This document shows positions 19,508-30,152 of a DNA stretch of 63,267 nucleotides, one piece after another. Location: positions 1 to 63,267 of the forward strand of contig JAISCN010000047.1 in the NCBI GenBank assembly GCA_031265515.1, in the 5' to 3' direction. The position numbers were made by a program, and so were the translations under genes. The stretch is from Clostridiales bacterium (GTDB lineage: Bacteria > Bacillota > Clostridia > Lachnospirales > CAMVHY01). Position 1 is the stretch's first letter; each line of letters starts with the position of its first letter. The notes beneath the pieces were generated by a model that was given only the letters and a program-made list of their open reading frames with translations, made no database searches and was not told the origin of the DNA.

Positions 19508-21358
19508 CTAAACTTCCGTAGCAGTTCCTTCTACAGGACCATTGTTTTGTTCAGTATTACTATCTGTTTGTTCAGTATTACTATCTGATTGATTATTACT
19601 TTTATATAATTTAGAAGATATTTCGTAAAAAATACTAGTCAAGCTTTCAGTTGCCTGTTTTAAATTATTAGCATCATCGTCAGTCATTTTATCTGCATCT
19701 AAATTTTCATTGAGTGATTTTAGTTTATCTAATTCTTCTTGAATTCTATTTTTATCCTGTTCTTCTAATTTATCTGCTAGATCTTCTTTAAGCATTTTTT
19801 CAGTTTGAAATATCATGGATTCGGCTTCGTTCTTAGTATCTATTTTTTCTTTACGCTTTTTATCTTCTTCAGCGTATTGTTCAGCTTCCTTAACAGCTTT
19901 ATCAATATCTGTATCTGATAAATTAGTATTTGCTGTAATAGTAATGCTTTGTTCTTTACCAGTACCTAAATCTTTTGCAGAAACATGAACTATACCGTTT
20001 GCATCAATGTTAAACGCTACTTCTATTTGAGGAACACCTCGTGGCGCAGGTGGAATTCCATCAAGTCTAAACTGTCCTAAAGTTTTATTATCGCGTACTA
20101 ACGGACGCTCGCCTTGAACTATATGAACATCAACAGCAGTTTGACTATCTGCTGCAGTAGAAAATACCTGTTTTTTATTAGTTGGAATAGTTGTGTTTCT
20201 TTCTATAAGTTTTGTTGCCACTCCACCCATCGTTTCGATACTTAATGATAGCGGTGTAACGTCTAATAATAGTATATCTCCTGAACCTTGTTCGCCAGAA
20301 AGTTTTCCACCTTGAATAGCTGCTCCAACTGCGACGCATTCATCCGGATTTATACCCTTAAAAGGTTCTTTATTGGTTATTTTTTTAACGGCATTTTGAA
20401 CTGCCGGAATTCTAGTAGAACCACCAACAAGTATTACTTTATCTATTTCATTTGCAGTTATTTTTGCGTCTTTCATAGCAGAATTTACGGGTCCTGTCGT
20501 AGCTTCTACTAAATCATTTGTTAATTCATCAAATTTTGATCTTGTTAAATTTATATCAAAATGTTTGGGTCCATCGTTTGTAGCCGTTATAAAAGGTAAA
20601 TTAATATTAGCTGTTATAGAACTGGATAGCTCTTTTTTTGCTTTTTCAGCGGCTTCTTTTAATCGTTGCATAGCCATTTTGTCTTTAGACAAATCGATAT
20701 TTTCGTTCTTTTTAAATTCTTGTAGTAAATACTTAACAATTCTATCATCAAAATCATCTCCACCCAGATGATTATTTCCGCTTGTTGCTAAAACTTCTAT
20801 TACTCCGTCGCCAATATCTATTATAGAAACATCAAATGTTCCACCGCCTAAATCATAAACCATGATCTTTTGTTCTTTCTCGTTATCTAATCCATACGCC
20901 AATGCAGCAGCTGTTGGCTCATTTATGATTCTTTTAACATCTAATCCTGCAATTTTACCAGCATCTTTAGTTGCTTGTCTTTGACTATCAGTGAAATAAG
21001 CTGGAACAGTAATAACAGCCTCAGTTACTTTTTGTCCCAAATAATCTTCCGCGGAAGCTTTTAATTTTTGCAGTACCATAGCAGAGATTTCTTGCGGTGA
21101 AAAATTTTTACCGCCTATATTTACTTTGAAATTTTTTCCCATCTCACGTTTAATAGAACTGACAGTATTATCAGGATTTGAAACTTGTTGTCTTCTAGCT
21201 GGTTCCCCAATTAAGCGTTCGCCTGATTTATTAAATGCAACCACCGAAGGTGTAGTTCTATTTCCCTCAGCATTAGATATAACTACTGGTTGTCCTCCTT
21301 CCATTACAGAAACACAGGAATTAGTTGTACCTAAATCAATTCCAATTATTTTTGACAC
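19508..21358 (-). CDS. dnaK: Molecular chaperone DnaK (Hsp70)
   Basis: It contains '[11 protein letters not shown]' and 'DLGGGTFD'. The likely start is GTG 21358, with GGGGG 7 nt upstream. The 14 extra N-terminal codons in the track ORF look spurious. Confidence 0.97.
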   Translation of the reverse strand: MSKIIGIDLGTTNSCVSVMEGGQPVVISNAEGNRTTPSVVAFNKSGERLIGEPARRQQVSNPDNTVSSIKREMGKNFKVNIGGKNFSPQEISAMVLQKLKASAEDYLGQKVTEAVITVPAYFTDSQRQATKDAGKIAGLDVKRIINEPTAAALAYGLDNEKEQKIMVYDLGGGTFDVSIIDIGDGVIEVLATSGNNHLGGDDFDDRIVKYLLQEFKKNENIDLSKDKMAMQRLKEAAEKAKKELSSSITANINLPFITATNDGPKHFDINLTRSKFDELTNDLVEATTGPVNSAMKDAKITANEIDKVILVGGSTRIPAVQNAVKKITNKEPFKGINPDECVAVGAAIQGGKLSGEQGSGDILLLDVTPLSLSIETMGGVATKLIERNTTIPTNKKQVFSTAADSQTAVDVHIVQGERPLVRDNKTLGQFRLDGIPPAPRGVPQIEVAFNIDANGIVHVSAKDLGTGKEQSITITANTNLSDTDIDKAVKEAEQYAEEDKKRKEKIDTKNEAESMIFQTEKMLKEDLADKLEEQDKNRIQEELDKLKSLNENLDADKMTDDDANNLKQATESLTSIFYEISSKLYKSNNQSDSNTEQTDSNTEQNNGPVEGTATEV

Positions 21359-21427
21359 AAAAATACCCCCATCTAATAAAAAATAATAAAAATAAAACAA
21401 TAAATTAATTTATATAATTTGTGTTTT

Positions 21428-22066
21428 TTAATTTGCTACCCTGACTTTCGCATATCTTATTACTTTATTTTTATATAAATAACCTTTTTGTAATATATCA
21501 ACTATTTTATTTTCACCATGTAAATCGTCTTCGACATGTGCAATTGACTCGTGATATTTCGAGTCAAAATCATCTCCTGAATTTACTTTGATCAATTCTA
21601 CTCCTAATTCATCGAGAACATTTGCTATTTGTTTATACAAAAGTTCTATGCCTTTGTTATCTATATTTTCTATTGCACGCTCGAAATTATCTATTACGGG
21701 CAAAAATCTAAAAACAATTTCTCTAATCGCATTATCAAATAAATCCAATTTTTCTTGTCTGCTGCGCTTTCTAAAATTATCAAAGTCCGCCGCCAATATT
21801 TGATAAGAATTTTTAATAACTTCTAATTTTTCTTCAGTTGTTTTTAATCTTTCGCAAGTGTTATTTAACTCATCCTCTAATTTTCTTAATCCTGTGCATC
21901 TAGAGCCCGTTTTTTTTCTTTTATTATCTGTCATTTTTTCGAATATAGATTTCTTTTTTATTTCTTTTTCTTCTTTCTCTTTTTTATTATTCTTTGAATT
22001 ATTTTCTTCTATGTTTTCTTTATTATCATTATCATCATCATTGATATTAATTTTGTCTTCGCTCAA
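21428..22066 (-). CDS. grpE: Nucleotide exchange factor GrpE
   Basis: 212 aa. It has an acidic/Lys-rich N-terminus and the GrpE core 'DFDNFRKR...LPVIDNFERA'. It lies directly upstream of dnaK. GGGAGGG precedes the TTG start. Confidence 0.93.
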   Translation of the reverse strand: MSEDKININDDDNDNKENIEENNSKNNKKEKEEKEIKKKSIFEKMTDNKRKKTGSRCTGLRKLEDELNNTCERLKTTEEKLEVIKNSYQILAADFDNFRKRSRQEKLDLFDNAIREIVFRFLPVIDNFERAIENIDNKGIELLYKQIANVLDELGVELIKVNSGDDFDSKYHESIAHVEDDLHGENKIVDILQKGYLYKNKVIRYAKVRVAN

Positions 22067-22199
22067 AAAAACATTTCCCTCCCTTAATACAAAAATATCT
22101 CCATATTTTAGAACATATTTATTTTTCTTTCAACCATTAAAAAATAAAATTAAAAATTTATCTCGTATACTATTTCTTTAAATTATTTTTATATTTTTT

Positions 22200-23465
22200 T
22201 TATTTATCTAATATTTTTATATCTGCTGACAATTTATTAAGATCTCTTACGATATTTTCATGACCACGTTTTATAAAATCTTTTTCATCGTTAATAACGC
22301 ATTCACCTTTTATAAAAAGAGAAACGAGAACCAGTCCTACCCCTCCTCTCAAATCATGTGTAATTAAATTATTTGAAGATTTAAGATTTTTAACACCATT
22401 TATTATAAATTTTTTTTTATCTTCAGAAATTTTTATATCAGCATTAATTTTTTTTAACTCAAAAATATTTTTATATCTTTCATTAAAAATTTTTTCTTTA
22501 ATAATGCTTTTGCCATTAGCAACACTAAGTAAACTTAAAAATTGTGATTGTAAATCAGTTGGAAAACCAGGATAAACATCTGTTTCTAAATAATCAATTG
22601 GTTTTATATTTTCAGGAGCCTGCAAAAAAACTTTATTTTTGTGAATTTTAACCATGCAGCCAATTTTTAAAAAATAATTAAGTGGCAAATGAGCAGGAGT
22701 AATATTATTTATCAATATATCTCCTTTAGTTATAGCACTAGCGACCAAATAGCTACTTGCGATAATTCTATCTGGCATTATTTTATACTCAAAATTTTTG
22801 CTAAGATTTTTCACACCAAAAATATATATCTCGTTTGTCCCGGCACCGTAAACTTTTGCTCCCATTTTAACTAAAAAGTTTTGTAAATCTATTATTTCTG
22901 GTTCTCGTGCGGCATTTATGATCTTTGTCATTCCATTTGCAAGACAAGCAGCAAGAATTATGTTTTGAGTAGCTCCAACGCTTGCAAATTTTAAATTTAT
23001 TACACAACCCTTTAACTTATCGCAAACACAAATTATTTTATTTTCTATAAATTTTATATTTGCACCCATTTTTATAAGAGCATCTATATGCAAATCAATT
23101 GGTCTATCGCCTAATTTACAACCGCCAGGTTTAGTTATGATTACTTTTTTATTTCTAGATAATAAACTACCCATAAAAACAATAGAACTTCTCATCTCGC
23201 ATGCTAAATTTTCTGGTATATTACTCGAATCTAAATTACGTGAATTTATAATTAAAATGTTTTTCTCTCGTATTATTTTGCAACCAAGCAATTCTAAAAT
23301 TTTAAGTGTATTATCAACATCAGAAATTTCAGGACAATTTTTTAAAGTTATTTCACCATAATTTAAAATACACGCAGCTAAAATAGGCAAAACAGAATTT
23401 TTTGCACCTTGAATTTTTATCTCACCGCATATTTTTTTTCCACCTTTAATAAAATATTTAGTCAT
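22200..23465 (-). CDS. murA: UDP-N-acetylglucosamine 1-carboxyvinyltransferase
   Basis: 421 aa. It has 'IQGAKNSVLPILAA' and the catalytic-Cys segment 'KPGGCKLGDRPIDLH'. Confidence 0.95.
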   Translation of the reverse strand: MTKYFIKGGKKICGEIKIQGAKNSVLPILAACILNYGEITLKNCPEISDVDNTLKILELLGCKIIREKNILIINSRNLDSSNIPENLACEMRSSIVFMGSLLSRNKKVIITKPGGCKLGDRPIDLHIDALIKMGANIKFIENKIICVCDKLKGCVINLKFASVGATQNIILAACLANGMTKIINAAREPEIIDLQNFLVKMGAKVYGAGTNEIYIFGVKNLSKNFEYKIMPDRIIASSYLVASAITKGDILINNITPAHLPLNYFLKIGCMVKIHKNKVFLQAPENIKPIDYLETDVYPGFPTDLQSQFLSLLSVANGKSIIKEKIFNERYKNIFELKKINADIKISEDKKKFIINGVKNLKSSNNLITHDLRGGVGLVLVSLFIKGECVINDEKDFIKRGHENIVRDLNKLSADIKILDK

Positions 23466-23489
23466 AATATAATGCGCTCCGCCTTAATC

Positions 23490-23529
23490 AAAAAAATAAA
23501 TAAAAATCTCAAAGCGTTTGCTTCGAGAT
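23490..23529 (-). terminator. Intrinsic-terminator-like hairpin on the minus strand, immediately upstream of the murA SD
   Basis: The arms are 23506-23515 and 23520-23529, with a 4-nt loop. Read on the minus strand, the only non-Watson-Crick pair is G.U; on the plus strand it would be A.C. On the minus strand it is followed by TTTTATTTATTTTTT. Confidence 0.5.
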
Positions 23530-23784
23530 CTTTTGTGTATTTTTATATTATGTTGACAATATTTAAGCGTGAATTTAACTTGATTTAAGTTTTGTTTTGC
23601 AACGACTAAGTAGAAAAAATAAAAATAAATGTTATTAAAAACAGAAAATTTTTTTATTAAGTTAAAAAAATAAAACTTGTTTTAAATATTTTTTATTAAA
23701 AAGCAATAAAAAAGCACTAATAAATTAATTAGTTTTTTTGTTTTTAAACGCTGTTCGCGATAAAAATATTTATAGGTGATTTTT

Positions 23785-24684
23785 ATTTTTAAAAAATTTT
23801 TTAACGAAATAAGCAAAACAAGAAAAAATATATCCGAAAAAATTAATAATTTGATAAAAAAATTTAAAAAAATTGATGACAGTTTTTTTGATGAACTAGA
23901 AGAAATTTTAATTGCTTCAGACGTTGGATTTAAAGCATCAAACGAACTCAAAACTTTAGTAAAAGAAGATATTAAAAAAAACAAAGTAAATGATTCTTCA
24001 AATATTAAAAAAATTTTAATTAAAAAAATTATAGATATTCTAGGTACTAAAAATTCAGAATTAAAAATTAAATTACCAAAGGTTATTTTAATTATTGGCG
24101 TAAATGGGTCTGGAAAAACTACTTCAGTTGCCAAAATTGGAAATTTTTTTAAATTGCAAAACAAAAGTGTTTTATTAGCAGCCGCAGATACTTTTAGAGC
24201 TGCTGCTATAGATCAACTTGAAATTTGGTCGAAAAAAATTAAGATAAATATTATTAAACACAAAGAAAGATCTGATCCAGGAGCTGTTGTTTATGATGCG
24301 ATAAAATCAGCAAAGTCCAAAAATATTGACATTTTGATTTGCGATACTGCCGGCCGTTTACATAACAAAAAAAATCTAACAAACGAATTAGCTAAAATTT
24401 TTAAGATAATAAGACTTGAATACGACGAAGATCAAATAGAAGTTTTGATATCTATAGATGCAACTATGGGTCAAAATGTGTTGCAACAAGTTAGATTATT
24501 TAACGAGATTTTAAAAATAGACGGAATAATACTAAATAAATTAGATGGTACATCAAAAGGCGGCGTAGTCATAGCTTTAGGATCAGAATTTAAAATTCCA
24601 ATTAAATTCGTTGGAATCGGAGAAAAGATAAGTGATATAAGAATATTTGATGCACAAAGCTTTTCAGAATCGTTATTATCATAG
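23785..24684 (+). CDS. ftsY: Signal recognition particle receptor FtsY
   Basis: Motifs seen: 'GVNGSGKTTS', 'DTAGRL' and 'LNKLDG'. The only canonical start (GTG 23776) lies inside AGGTGA (23774-23779). The in-frame ATT at 23785 is 5 nt past that SD and gives the typical 'MFKKFFNEISKTR'. The track coordinates are 23776..24684. Confidence 0.93.
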   Translation: MFKKFFNEISKTRKNISEKINNLIKKFKKIDDSFFDELEEILIASDVGFKASNELKTLVKEDIKKNKVNDSSNIKKILIKKIIDILGTKNSELKIKLPKVILIIGVNGSGKTTSVAKIGNFFKLQNKSVLLAAADTFRAAAIDQLEIWSKKIKINIIKHKERSDPGAVVYDAIKSAKSKNIDILICDTAGRLHNKKNLTNELAKIFKIIRLEYDEDQIEVLISIDATMGQNVLQQVRLFNEILKIDGIILNKLDGTSKGGVVIALGSEFKIPIKFVGIGEKISDIRIFDAQSFSESLLS

Positions 24685-24725
24685 TTATCATAATAATATT
24701 AGTTTGATGTGCTAAAAAATTAGAT

Positions 24726-24762
24726 ACGGCAAAAAAATATTTATAAAATTTTACCGTTTTTT
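24726..24762 (+). terminator. Candidate rho-independent terminator of ftsY
   Basis: ACGGCAAAA pairs with TTTTACCGT (9 bp, one mismatch), followed by a T run at 24757-24762. Confidence 0.4.
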
Positions 24763-25380
24763 AAAAAATTATTTAGCACGAATAATATTTATATTATGAA
24801 TTAAGCTAAGCAGTTTTTATCAAAACTAAAAGTCAAGTCGAAAATTTAAGAAGCCAAAAAATACTAAGTTTTAGAATTCGATAATGCACGTATTAATCTA
24901 AAAGACATCTAGTTATAAATAACAAGTATGTCGTAAATCAAAAAAAGTTATATTTAACGGTAATTATATTTTAACATTTGAATAAAAGAAACATATGCTT
25001 TTGAAAAACTTTTAAAAAAATATCTCACATAAATGTCAAAGCTCATGCTGCAGATGTTCAAAAGTCTTGCGATATAATCAAGTTTCGTAAACATATAATC
25101 AGAAGGATTTGCGTTTATATAGTTAGCTTTTGAAATATTATTTCACTAAATTTGCTCGAAAAATATATTGTTATCTAAAAAGTTCAGTATGATCATGAGA
25201 TCAAGTACTCTGATTTTTTGTCTTTGTATAAAGAGTTGCATACATAATAATTTCACGATACCTATAAGCTTACACCAACTTTTTTTAGACAAATAAATAA
25301 AACACCCAAACATCACGAAATATTTTTTTATAGTTTTCACATAGATTAACTCGATTGATTATATTAACAGAAAACCACCA

Positions 25381-25452
<72 letters not shown>

Positions 25453-25545
25453 AGTATATTTCTAAAAACATAATAGATTAAATCAAAAATATATAAATAA
25501 AATAAAAAACTAATTTATAAATTATACGTAAAACCCACTAAGAAG

Positions 25546-25617
25546 TGACTCGTAGGAGAATCGAACTCCTGCCTCAGCCGTGAAAGGGCCGTGTCTTAAC
25601 CTCTTGACTAACGAGCC
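25546..25617 (-). tRNA. tRNA-Glu (TTC)
   Basis: The reverse complement is GGCTCGTTAGTCAAGAGGTTAAGACACGGCCCTTTCACGGCTGAGGCAGGAGTTCGATTCTCCTACGAGTCA. The anticodon loop is CTTTCAC. No CCA is encoded. Confidence 0.93.
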
Positions 25618-25620
25618 AAA

Positions 25621-25692
<72 letters not shown>

Positions 25693-25843
25693 TTAAAAAA
25701 AATAATAATAATTTTATTTTAGATATAACTAACGTTTTGTCAAGAAAATTAACAAAACGTTGTATGCATACTAAAAAAATAAATATGATAAAAAAATATT
25801 AAAAATAAAAACATCTCAGAGATATTTAAAATATTTCTTATTT

Positions 25844-27706
25844 TTAGTTTTTGTTTTTTCTCATGTAAATAATCAACACTGAAATATCAGAATGAGACAC
25901 TCCATTTATTCTCAAAGCTTGGCCTATATTTTCTGGTCTTATTTTATTTAATTTTTGTGCTGCTTCGATGCGCAAACCGTATATTTTTAAATAATCTAGA
26001 TCGATGGGTATTTTTTTGTCTTCTAAATTTTTAATTTTATCTATCTGTTCTAATTGTTTTTTAATATATCCTTCGTATTTTATATTTATATTTATTTGGT
26101 CGTCAACAACTCTTTGATTATTTTTTCTATCTAGATCTAATTTTTTGATTTTATCGTAATTTAATTCTGGCCTTTTTATTAAGTCAGACAAAAAAATTTC
26201 ATGTGATAATATATTGCTATTGTTTTTTATTAAAATTTCGTTAGCCAAATTTAAATCTTTTACTAAAAATTTTTTAACACGTAAAATTTCTCGTTCAATC
26301 GTATTTTTTTTATTTAAAAAATCCCGATATCTTTTTTTACTTATTAGTCCTATTTTATAGCCACGTTCAGTCAATCTAAGATCAGCATTGTCTTGTCTTA
26401 GCAATAGTCTATATTCTGCGCGTGACGTCAGCATTCTATAAGGTTCATCTATACCCTTTGTAACTAAATCGTCAATCAAAACACCAATATAACCTTCGTT
26501 ACGCGATATTATAAAATTATCTTTATTTTTTATATAACAAAAAGCGTTTATTCCGGCAATTATTCCCTGAGCTGCTGCTTCTTCATAACCCGACGTTCCA
26601 TTTATTTGCCCAGCACTAAATAGTCCGGAAATATTTTTAAATTCCAAATTTAATTTTAGTTGCGTAGAATCTATACAATCATATTCGATCGCATATCCTG
26701 CCCGTGTAAATTCGCAATTTTCAAGACCTAAAACAGTTCTATAAAATTTAATCTGAATTTCTTCAGGCAAAGATGTTGACATACCAGAAACATAAACTTC
26801 ATTTGAATCTTCAGATTCTGGTTCTATAAAAACTTGATGTTGAGATTTATCCGGAAATCTAACAACTTTATCCTCGATCGATGGACAATACCTTGCGCCT
26901 ATTGATTTAATTAAACCTGAATAAATAGGAGATTTATCGATATTTTTTTTAATTATTTTGTGTGTTTTTTCGTTAGTATAAGTCAAATAGCATGAAATTT
27001 GTTTTCTAGATAAATTTAAATTTTGGTTCTCAAAAGAAAAATTTAAAATATCTTTATCTTCGTCTTGTTTTTTAATTTTATAATAATCGATGCTCCGTTT
27101 ATCAATTCTCGCCGAAGTACCAGTTTTAAACCTACGAGTTTTAATATTTAATTTACGCAACGATTCGCCTAACAAATCGGATTTTTTTAAACCATTTGGA
27201 CCAGAATTTGTTATATATTCTCCAACTAAGCAACAAGAGTCAAGGTAAGTTCCTGTACAAATAATTACAGTTTCAGAATTAATGACTATGTTGTTACACA
27301 AAATAACGCCACAAATTTTTTTATTTTTTATTAATAAATCTTTTACTTCGCCTTGTTTAAATTTTAAGTTATTTGTGTTTTCTATAACTTTTTTCATTTC
27401 AAGAGAATATTTATATTTATCAGCCTGTGCTCTTAATGATTGAATTGCTGCACCCTTAGATTTGTTAAGCATTTTAATCTGTATAAAAGTTTTATCTATG
27501 TTTTTTCCCATTTCGCCGCCAAGTGCATCTATTTCCCGAACCAGATGTCCTTTTGATGTACCGCCGATATTTGGATTACACGGCATCATCGCTATCGAAT
27601 CTAAGTTTATCGTAATAATTAAAGTTTTTAGTCCCAACCTTGCTGTTGCTAAAGCAGCTTCACAACCGGCATGTCCAGATCCAATTACAATAACATCTGT
27701 TTGCAC
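25844..27706 (-). CDS. mnmG: tRNA uridine 5-carboxymethylaminomethyl modification enzyme MnmG (GidA)
   Basis: 620 aa. It has the FAD fold '[15 protein letters not shown]' and '[11 protein letters not shown]'-type '[12 protein letters not shown]'. Confidence 0.96.
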   Translation of the reverse strand: MQTDVIVIGSGHAGCEAALATARLGLKTLIITINLDSIAMMPCNPNIGGTSKGHLVREIDALGGEMGKNIDKTFIQIKMLNKSKGAAIQSLRAQADKYKYSLEMKKVIENTNNLKFKQGEVKDLLIKNKKICGVILCNNIVINSETVIICTGTYLDSCCLVGEYITNSGPNGLKKSDLLGESLRKLNIKTRRFKTGTSARIDKRSIDYYKIKKQDEDKDILNFSFENQNLNLSRKQISCYLTYTNEKTHKIIKKNIDKSPIYSGLIKSIGARYCPSIEDKVVRFPDKSQHQVFIEPESEDSNEVYVSGMSTSLPEEIQIKFYRTVLGLENCEFTRAGYAIEYDCIDSTQLKLNLEFKNISGLFSAGQINGTSGYEEAAAQGIIAGINAFCYIKNKDNFIISRNEGYIGVLIDDLVTKGIDEPYRMLTSRAEYRLLLRQDNADLRLTERGYKIGLISKKRYRDFLNKKNTIEREILRVKKFLVKDLNLANEILIKNNSNILSHEIFLSDLIKRPELNYDKIKKLDLDRKNNQRVVDDQININIKYEGYIKKQLEQIDKIKNLEDKKIPIDLDYLKIYGLRIEAAQKLNKIRPENIGQALRINGVSHSDISVLIIYMRKNKN

Positions 27707-27747
27707 AAAAAAATCCTAGTATAAATAATTTAGATTTTATTTTTATA

Positions 27748-28596
27748 TTATTCTATCTTATCAAAACCATTGCCTATTATTCTAGAAGAGTTAGTTATAA
27801 AAATAAATGCACTTTTGTCGTTTTTATCGATAAAATTTTGTAATTCTATTGCTTGAGTACGAGATAAAACAGTTGTTATTACTTCGTGATTTTTGTCTGT
27901 AAAAGCTCCACAAGCTTTGTGTATTGTCGCTCCTCTTTTTAATTTATTGCATACAAAATTTTTAATTATATTTGGATTATCACTAACAATATTAAATACT
28001 TTAAATACTTTAAAACTCTCTAGCACTGTATCAAGAACAAATGATTTCATGCAGACGCCCAATATAGAAAATAAAAATGTTTCAGCGCCAAAAAAAATAC
28101 CCGTAGAAAAAGCAATCAAAAAATCTAAAATTAACATTGATATACTAATTTTTATTTTGAATAATTTAGATAATATTTTTCCAATTATATCTGTTCCGCC
28201 AGTTGTAGAATTAAAATAAAATACTAAAGCATTTCCGATTCCTGGCAAAAAAACACTATATATTAATTCTAATAATTTTTGGTTTGTTAATGGTTTTGTA
28301 ATTGGAAATACAAAAGCAAACAACCAAACAAGAAATGAAACTGCAAAAGATCCGTATATAGTATTTATAACGAAACGTTTTCCTAAAATGAAGTAAGCAA
28401 ATATTAACAAAATAACATTCATGCTAAACATTAATAATCCGACAGATGCTTGAGGATAAAATTTTAAAATTAATATTGATATTCCGCTTGTTCCACCGAG
28501 TGCAAATTTATTTGGCGTTTTAAATAAATATATATCTAGCGCTACTAAAAATAATCCAATCTGGATAAACCAAAAACTTTTGTCTAGTTTGAACAT
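27748..28596 (-). CDS. YitT-family membrane protein (DUF161/DUF2179)
   Basis: 282 aa. It has multi-TM N-terminal repeats with 'GGTSGISILI' and 'TGGTDIIG', and a C-terminal DUF2179-like domain. Confidence 0.8.
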   Translation of the reverse strand: MFKLDKSFWFIQIGLFLVALDIYLFKTPNKFALGGTSGISILILKFYPQASVGLLMFSMNVILLIFAYFILGKRFVINTIYGSFAVSFLVWLFAFVFPITKPLTNQKLLELIYSVFLPGIGNALVFYFNSTTGGTDIIGKILSKLFKIKISISMLILDFLIAFSTGIFFGAETFLFSILGVCMKSFVLDTVLESFKVFKVFNIVSDNPNIIKNFVCNKLKRGATIHKACGAFTDKNHEVITTVLSRTQAIELQNFIDKNDKSAFIFITNSSRIIGNGFDKIE

Positions 28597-28661
28597 AAAA
28601 TTATTTTACAGTATTTGTTTTTTTATATGAAATTTTATAATTATCTAATAAAGTTTTAATT

Positions 28662-30116
28662 ATGAATTCTAAAATAAGAATTATTAAAAGTATTTATCAC
28701 AAGAGTAAAACTTATTGTTATTTAAAAGAAATAAAATCTATTATTATCACAAGCTTATTTTATAAGATTTTATTTAATAATTCTGCCGTCGATATATTTT
28801 TTGAAAATAGCTTTTTACGCAAAATATTTAACTTTAAAAAAAATAAATCTAAACAGAAAACAGAATTAAAGTTTGATAACTTTTTTCTAACTAGATTTTT
28901 TGCTTTTTTAGTAGTATTTTTCGTAGCTTTAATAAAAACAAAATTTATTACTTTATTAATTTTAATTACTATAATAATTTTTTTTCTAGAAATAATTTTT
29001 AAAGATAAAAAATTAGAATTAAAATTTAATTTAATAGACATATCTATAGTATTTTTTTTAGTAAATTTATTACTGTCATCTATATTTGTATTTAAGATAA
29101 AGCAAAGCTTAAAAGTTTTTTTTATTTATTTAGTTTTTATAGCTTTTTATTTTGTCTTAAAAAATGTTTTACGCACAAAAAAAGATTTATTAAATATTTT
29201 GCGTTTTTTAGTTGCATCTGGTTTTATAGTTTCGATAATTGGTATATCACAAAAATTTTTTAATCTAGTCATATCACCTGGTGCTTGGATAGACGAAAAA
29301 GTATTTTCTGAAAATACAACAAGGATATTTTCTACCCTGGATAATCCAAACGTATTGGGCGAATTTTTAATTTTTGTTATTCCGTTAAATATAACTCTTA
29401 TTTATCTTTCTAAAAAAATAAAAGAAAAAATATTATTGCTTTTAGTTTTGTTTTCGCTTTTATTATGCATGCTTCTTACTCTATCACGAGGTGCATGGTT
29501 GGGATTAATTTTATCTTTATTAATTTTCTTTTTATTTTGTGACAAAAAAATTTTTTTGTTAATTTTATGTTTTTTATTTGCGTCTCCAATTTTTATCCCA
29601 AAAAGTTTCGTAGATAGATTCGTTAGTATATTGTCTGCAAAAGATTCTTCTTCACATTACAGAATAAATATTTGGCTATCTTGTTTAATAATGTTAAAAG
29701 ACTTTTGGTTATGTGGAATTGGGCTAGGTTTTGATAATTTTATATTTATATTTAAAAAATACGCAATGTCTGCATCATATGCTTTGCATTCACATAATTT
29801 ATATCTCGAAATATTTTTAGAAATGGGTTTTTCTGGAATTATTTTATTTTTATTGATTTTATTTTTTTGTTTAAAAAAACTTGTGTCAACAGATAAATTT
29901 TCTAGCGACAAATCTTTATTTTTTTTAAAAATAGCTTTATTATCAGGGATTATTGGTTTTATGATTCAGGGATTAGCTGACAATAGCTTTTATAGCTATA
30001 AATTAATCTGTATTTTTTTTGTGATACTAGCGTTATCTAACATACGCAATGAAATGTTAAAATTAAGTATCTGGAAAAAATTTAGACTTTTACAGAGAGA
30101 ATATAATTTAAAATAA
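28662..30116 (+). CDS. O-antigen ligase / Wzy_C-family polytopic membrane protein
   Basis: 484 aa with about 10 TM segments and 'LTLSRGAWLGLILSLLIF', the characteristic Wzy_C loop. The start is uncertain. Confidence 0.7.
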   Translation: MNSKIRIIKSIYHKSKTYCYLKEIKSIIITSLFYKILFNNSAVDIFFENSFLRKIFNFKKNKSKQKTELKFDNFFLTRFFAFLVVFFVALIKTKFITLLILITIIIFFLEIIFKDKKLELKFNLIDISIVFFLVNLLLSSIFVFKIKQSLKVFFIYLVFIAFYFVLKNVLRTKKDLLNILRFLVASGFIVSIIGISQKFFNLVISPGAWIDEKVFSENTTRIFSTLDNPNVLGEFLIFVIPLNITLIYLSKKIKEKILLLLVLFSLLLCMLLTLSRGAWLGLILSLLIFFLFCDKKIFLLILCFLFASPIFIPKSFVDRFVSILSAKDSSSHYRINIWLSCLIMLKDFWLCGIGLGFDNFIFIFKKYAMSASYALHSHNLYLEIFLEMGFSGIILFLLILFFCLKKLVSTDKFSSDKSLFFLKIALLSGIIGFMIQGLADNSFYSYKLICIFFVILALSNIRNEMLKLSIWKKFRLLQREYNLK

Positions 30117-30152
30117 TAAGCTTTTATAAATTTATTTTTTATAACTTATTTT

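Noticed and set aside
19375-21400. N-terminal extensions in the supplied ORFs: dnaK (14 codons), prfA (22), spoVT (32), galE (20) and the CNNM protein (6).
   Set aside because: In each case a downstream in-frame start has a proper SD and reproduces the conserved family N-terminus. The extensions are hydrophobic or low-complexity read-through of upstream AT-rich DNA.
23682-24164. A 160-aa minus-strand ORF overlapping the 5' half of ftsY.
   Set aside because: It is antisense to a gene with unambiguous SRP-receptor motifs. Its sequence is low-complexity and F/I/L/S-rich, and it has no SD.
25146-25340. A 64-aa minus-strand ORF, plus neighbouring open frames, in the 690-bp gap between ftsY and tRNA-Cys. 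This could be a remnant of an element integrated at the tRNA 3' end.
   Set aside because: There is no recognisable motif and no SD. I found no direct repeat of the tRNA-Cys 3' end in 24685-25380. The open frames are short and disconnected.
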